NCBI GenBank assembly: GCA_965200835.1
Contig: OZ241390.1
Location: 2,256,297 to 2,320,296 of the forward strand
DNA: 64,000 bases
DNA from: Acidimicrobiia bacterium
Lineage (GTDB): Bacteria; Actinomycetota; Acidimicrobiia; Spongiisociales; Spongiisociaceae
Direction of reading: 5' to 3'
Part shown: in pieces, positions 63,461 to 64,000 of the stretch
Numbering within the stretch: position 1 is the first letter of the stretch
How the letters are laid out: each line of letters opens with the position of its first letter
Notes under the pieces: model-generated
The model's input: only the letters and a program-made list of their open reading frames with translations
Told to the model about the DNA's origin: nothing
Database searches by the model: none
Program-made: the position numbers and the translations under genes

Positions 63461-64000
63461 ATGGCCGATCATTACGAGGTGCTGGGGGTCGATCGGGACG
63501 CCTCACCCGGAGAGATAAAGAGGGCCTTCCGCCGCAAGGCCCGCGAGAGTCATCCCGACGCCCATCCCGATGATCCCACTGCGGAAGGGAGGTTCCGCCA
63601 GGTGGCGGAGGCCTATGAGGTGTTGTCCGATCCCGACAAGCGGGCTCGTTACGACCGGGGAGACGACCTGGATATGAGCCGGCTGTTCGAGGGAAGCGGC
63701 TCGTTCGATGACCTGCTGGCCTCGGTCTTCGGGGGTGGGGGGCTGTTCGGCGAGGGAGGGATCTTCGGAGGAACAGCGAGGGGCGCGGTGGACTCCCGCG
63801 GTCGGGATATCCGGGTCCATCTGGCCATCGACCTTGAAGAAGCCGCCTTCGGGGCGGTCAAGTCCGTTCGGTTCCGGGCGGCGGTCTCCTGCGAAACCTG
63901 CGAAGGGTCGGGCGACCGGTCCGGATCGGGAACCCGCGCCTGCAACGTGTGCGGGGGAACCGGCCAGGTCAGGGTTGCCCGGCGGAGTGCGTTCGGGTCG
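63461..64000 (+). CDS. dnaJ: chaperone DnaJ (the C-terminus lies beyond the window)
   Basis: J-domain 'DHYEVLGVDRDASPGEIKRAFRRKARESHPD', a Gly-rich linker and the first CxxCxGxG zinc-finger repeats. Confidence 0.85.
   Translation, partial: MADHYEVLGVDRDASPGEIKRAFRRKARESHPDAHPDDPTAEGRFRQVAEAYEVLSDPDKRARYDRGDDLDMSRLFEGSGSFDDLLASVFGGGGLFGEGGIFGGTARGAVDSRGRDIRVHLAIDLEEAAFGAVKSVRFRAAVSCETCEGSGDRSGSGTRACNVCGGTGQVRVARRSAFGS

Overview
This is a high-GC (about 65-68%) actinobacterial-type chromosome segment, almost entirely densely packed housekeeping operons on the + strand. Much of the gene order is the conserved actinobacterial arrangement. Because every reading frame is open in high-GC DNA, most short ORFs in the track are antisense artefacts.

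Genes in order:
- tmk-holB, a convergent stand-alone LigD-type polymerase (PolDom), etfBA, thymidine phosphorylase, upp.
- ffh-rpsP-KH-rimM, then an inserted sulP/cofG/cofH block, then trmD-rplS-lepB-yraN.
- comM (frameshifted), dprA, an MBL-fold hydrolase, rph, rdgB.
- Two tRNA clusters: Lys-CUU and Leu-UAG, then Pro-UGG, Gly-UCC, Arg-UCU and His-GUG. A lipoprotein with CWB2 repeats sits between them.
- tig-clpP-clpX-valS-folC-ndk.
- A complete rod-shape cluster, mreB-mreC-mreD-PBP2-rodA, followed by an RNase E/G gene, rplU-rpmA-obg-proB.
- After a low-GC island: an M23 peptidase, nadD-rsfS, tRNA-Ala, leuS, comEA-comEC (comEC carries an in-frame TAG), an SDR oxidoreductase, holA, rpsT, hrcA and the start of dnaJ.

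The main accessory feature is a roughly 7.5 kb low-GC island (about 50% GC) at 44.8-52.3 kb. It sits where proA normally lies between proB and nadD. It carries decaying foreign cell-surface genes:
- An SLH-anchored RCC1-repeat protein fused to a TlpA-like redoxin.
- A second RCC1 lipoprotein.
- A protein with two FN3 domains and an unusual 'A-x-V-Y-G-x' hexapeptide array.
These are riddled with frameshifts and in-frame TAG/TGA codons. One TGA falls on the first Cys of a W-C-P-S-C motif and has a downstream hairpin.

Other oddities:
- A split FO synthase (cofG/cofH, F420 pathway) plus a SulP permease are inserted inside the rpsP-rimM-trmD-rplS ribosomal operon. CofH carries an uncharacterised N-terminal extension of about 240 aa.
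- Two competence genes, comM and comEC, are each disrupted.

No CRISPR array, integrase, transposase or recognisable defence system was found.
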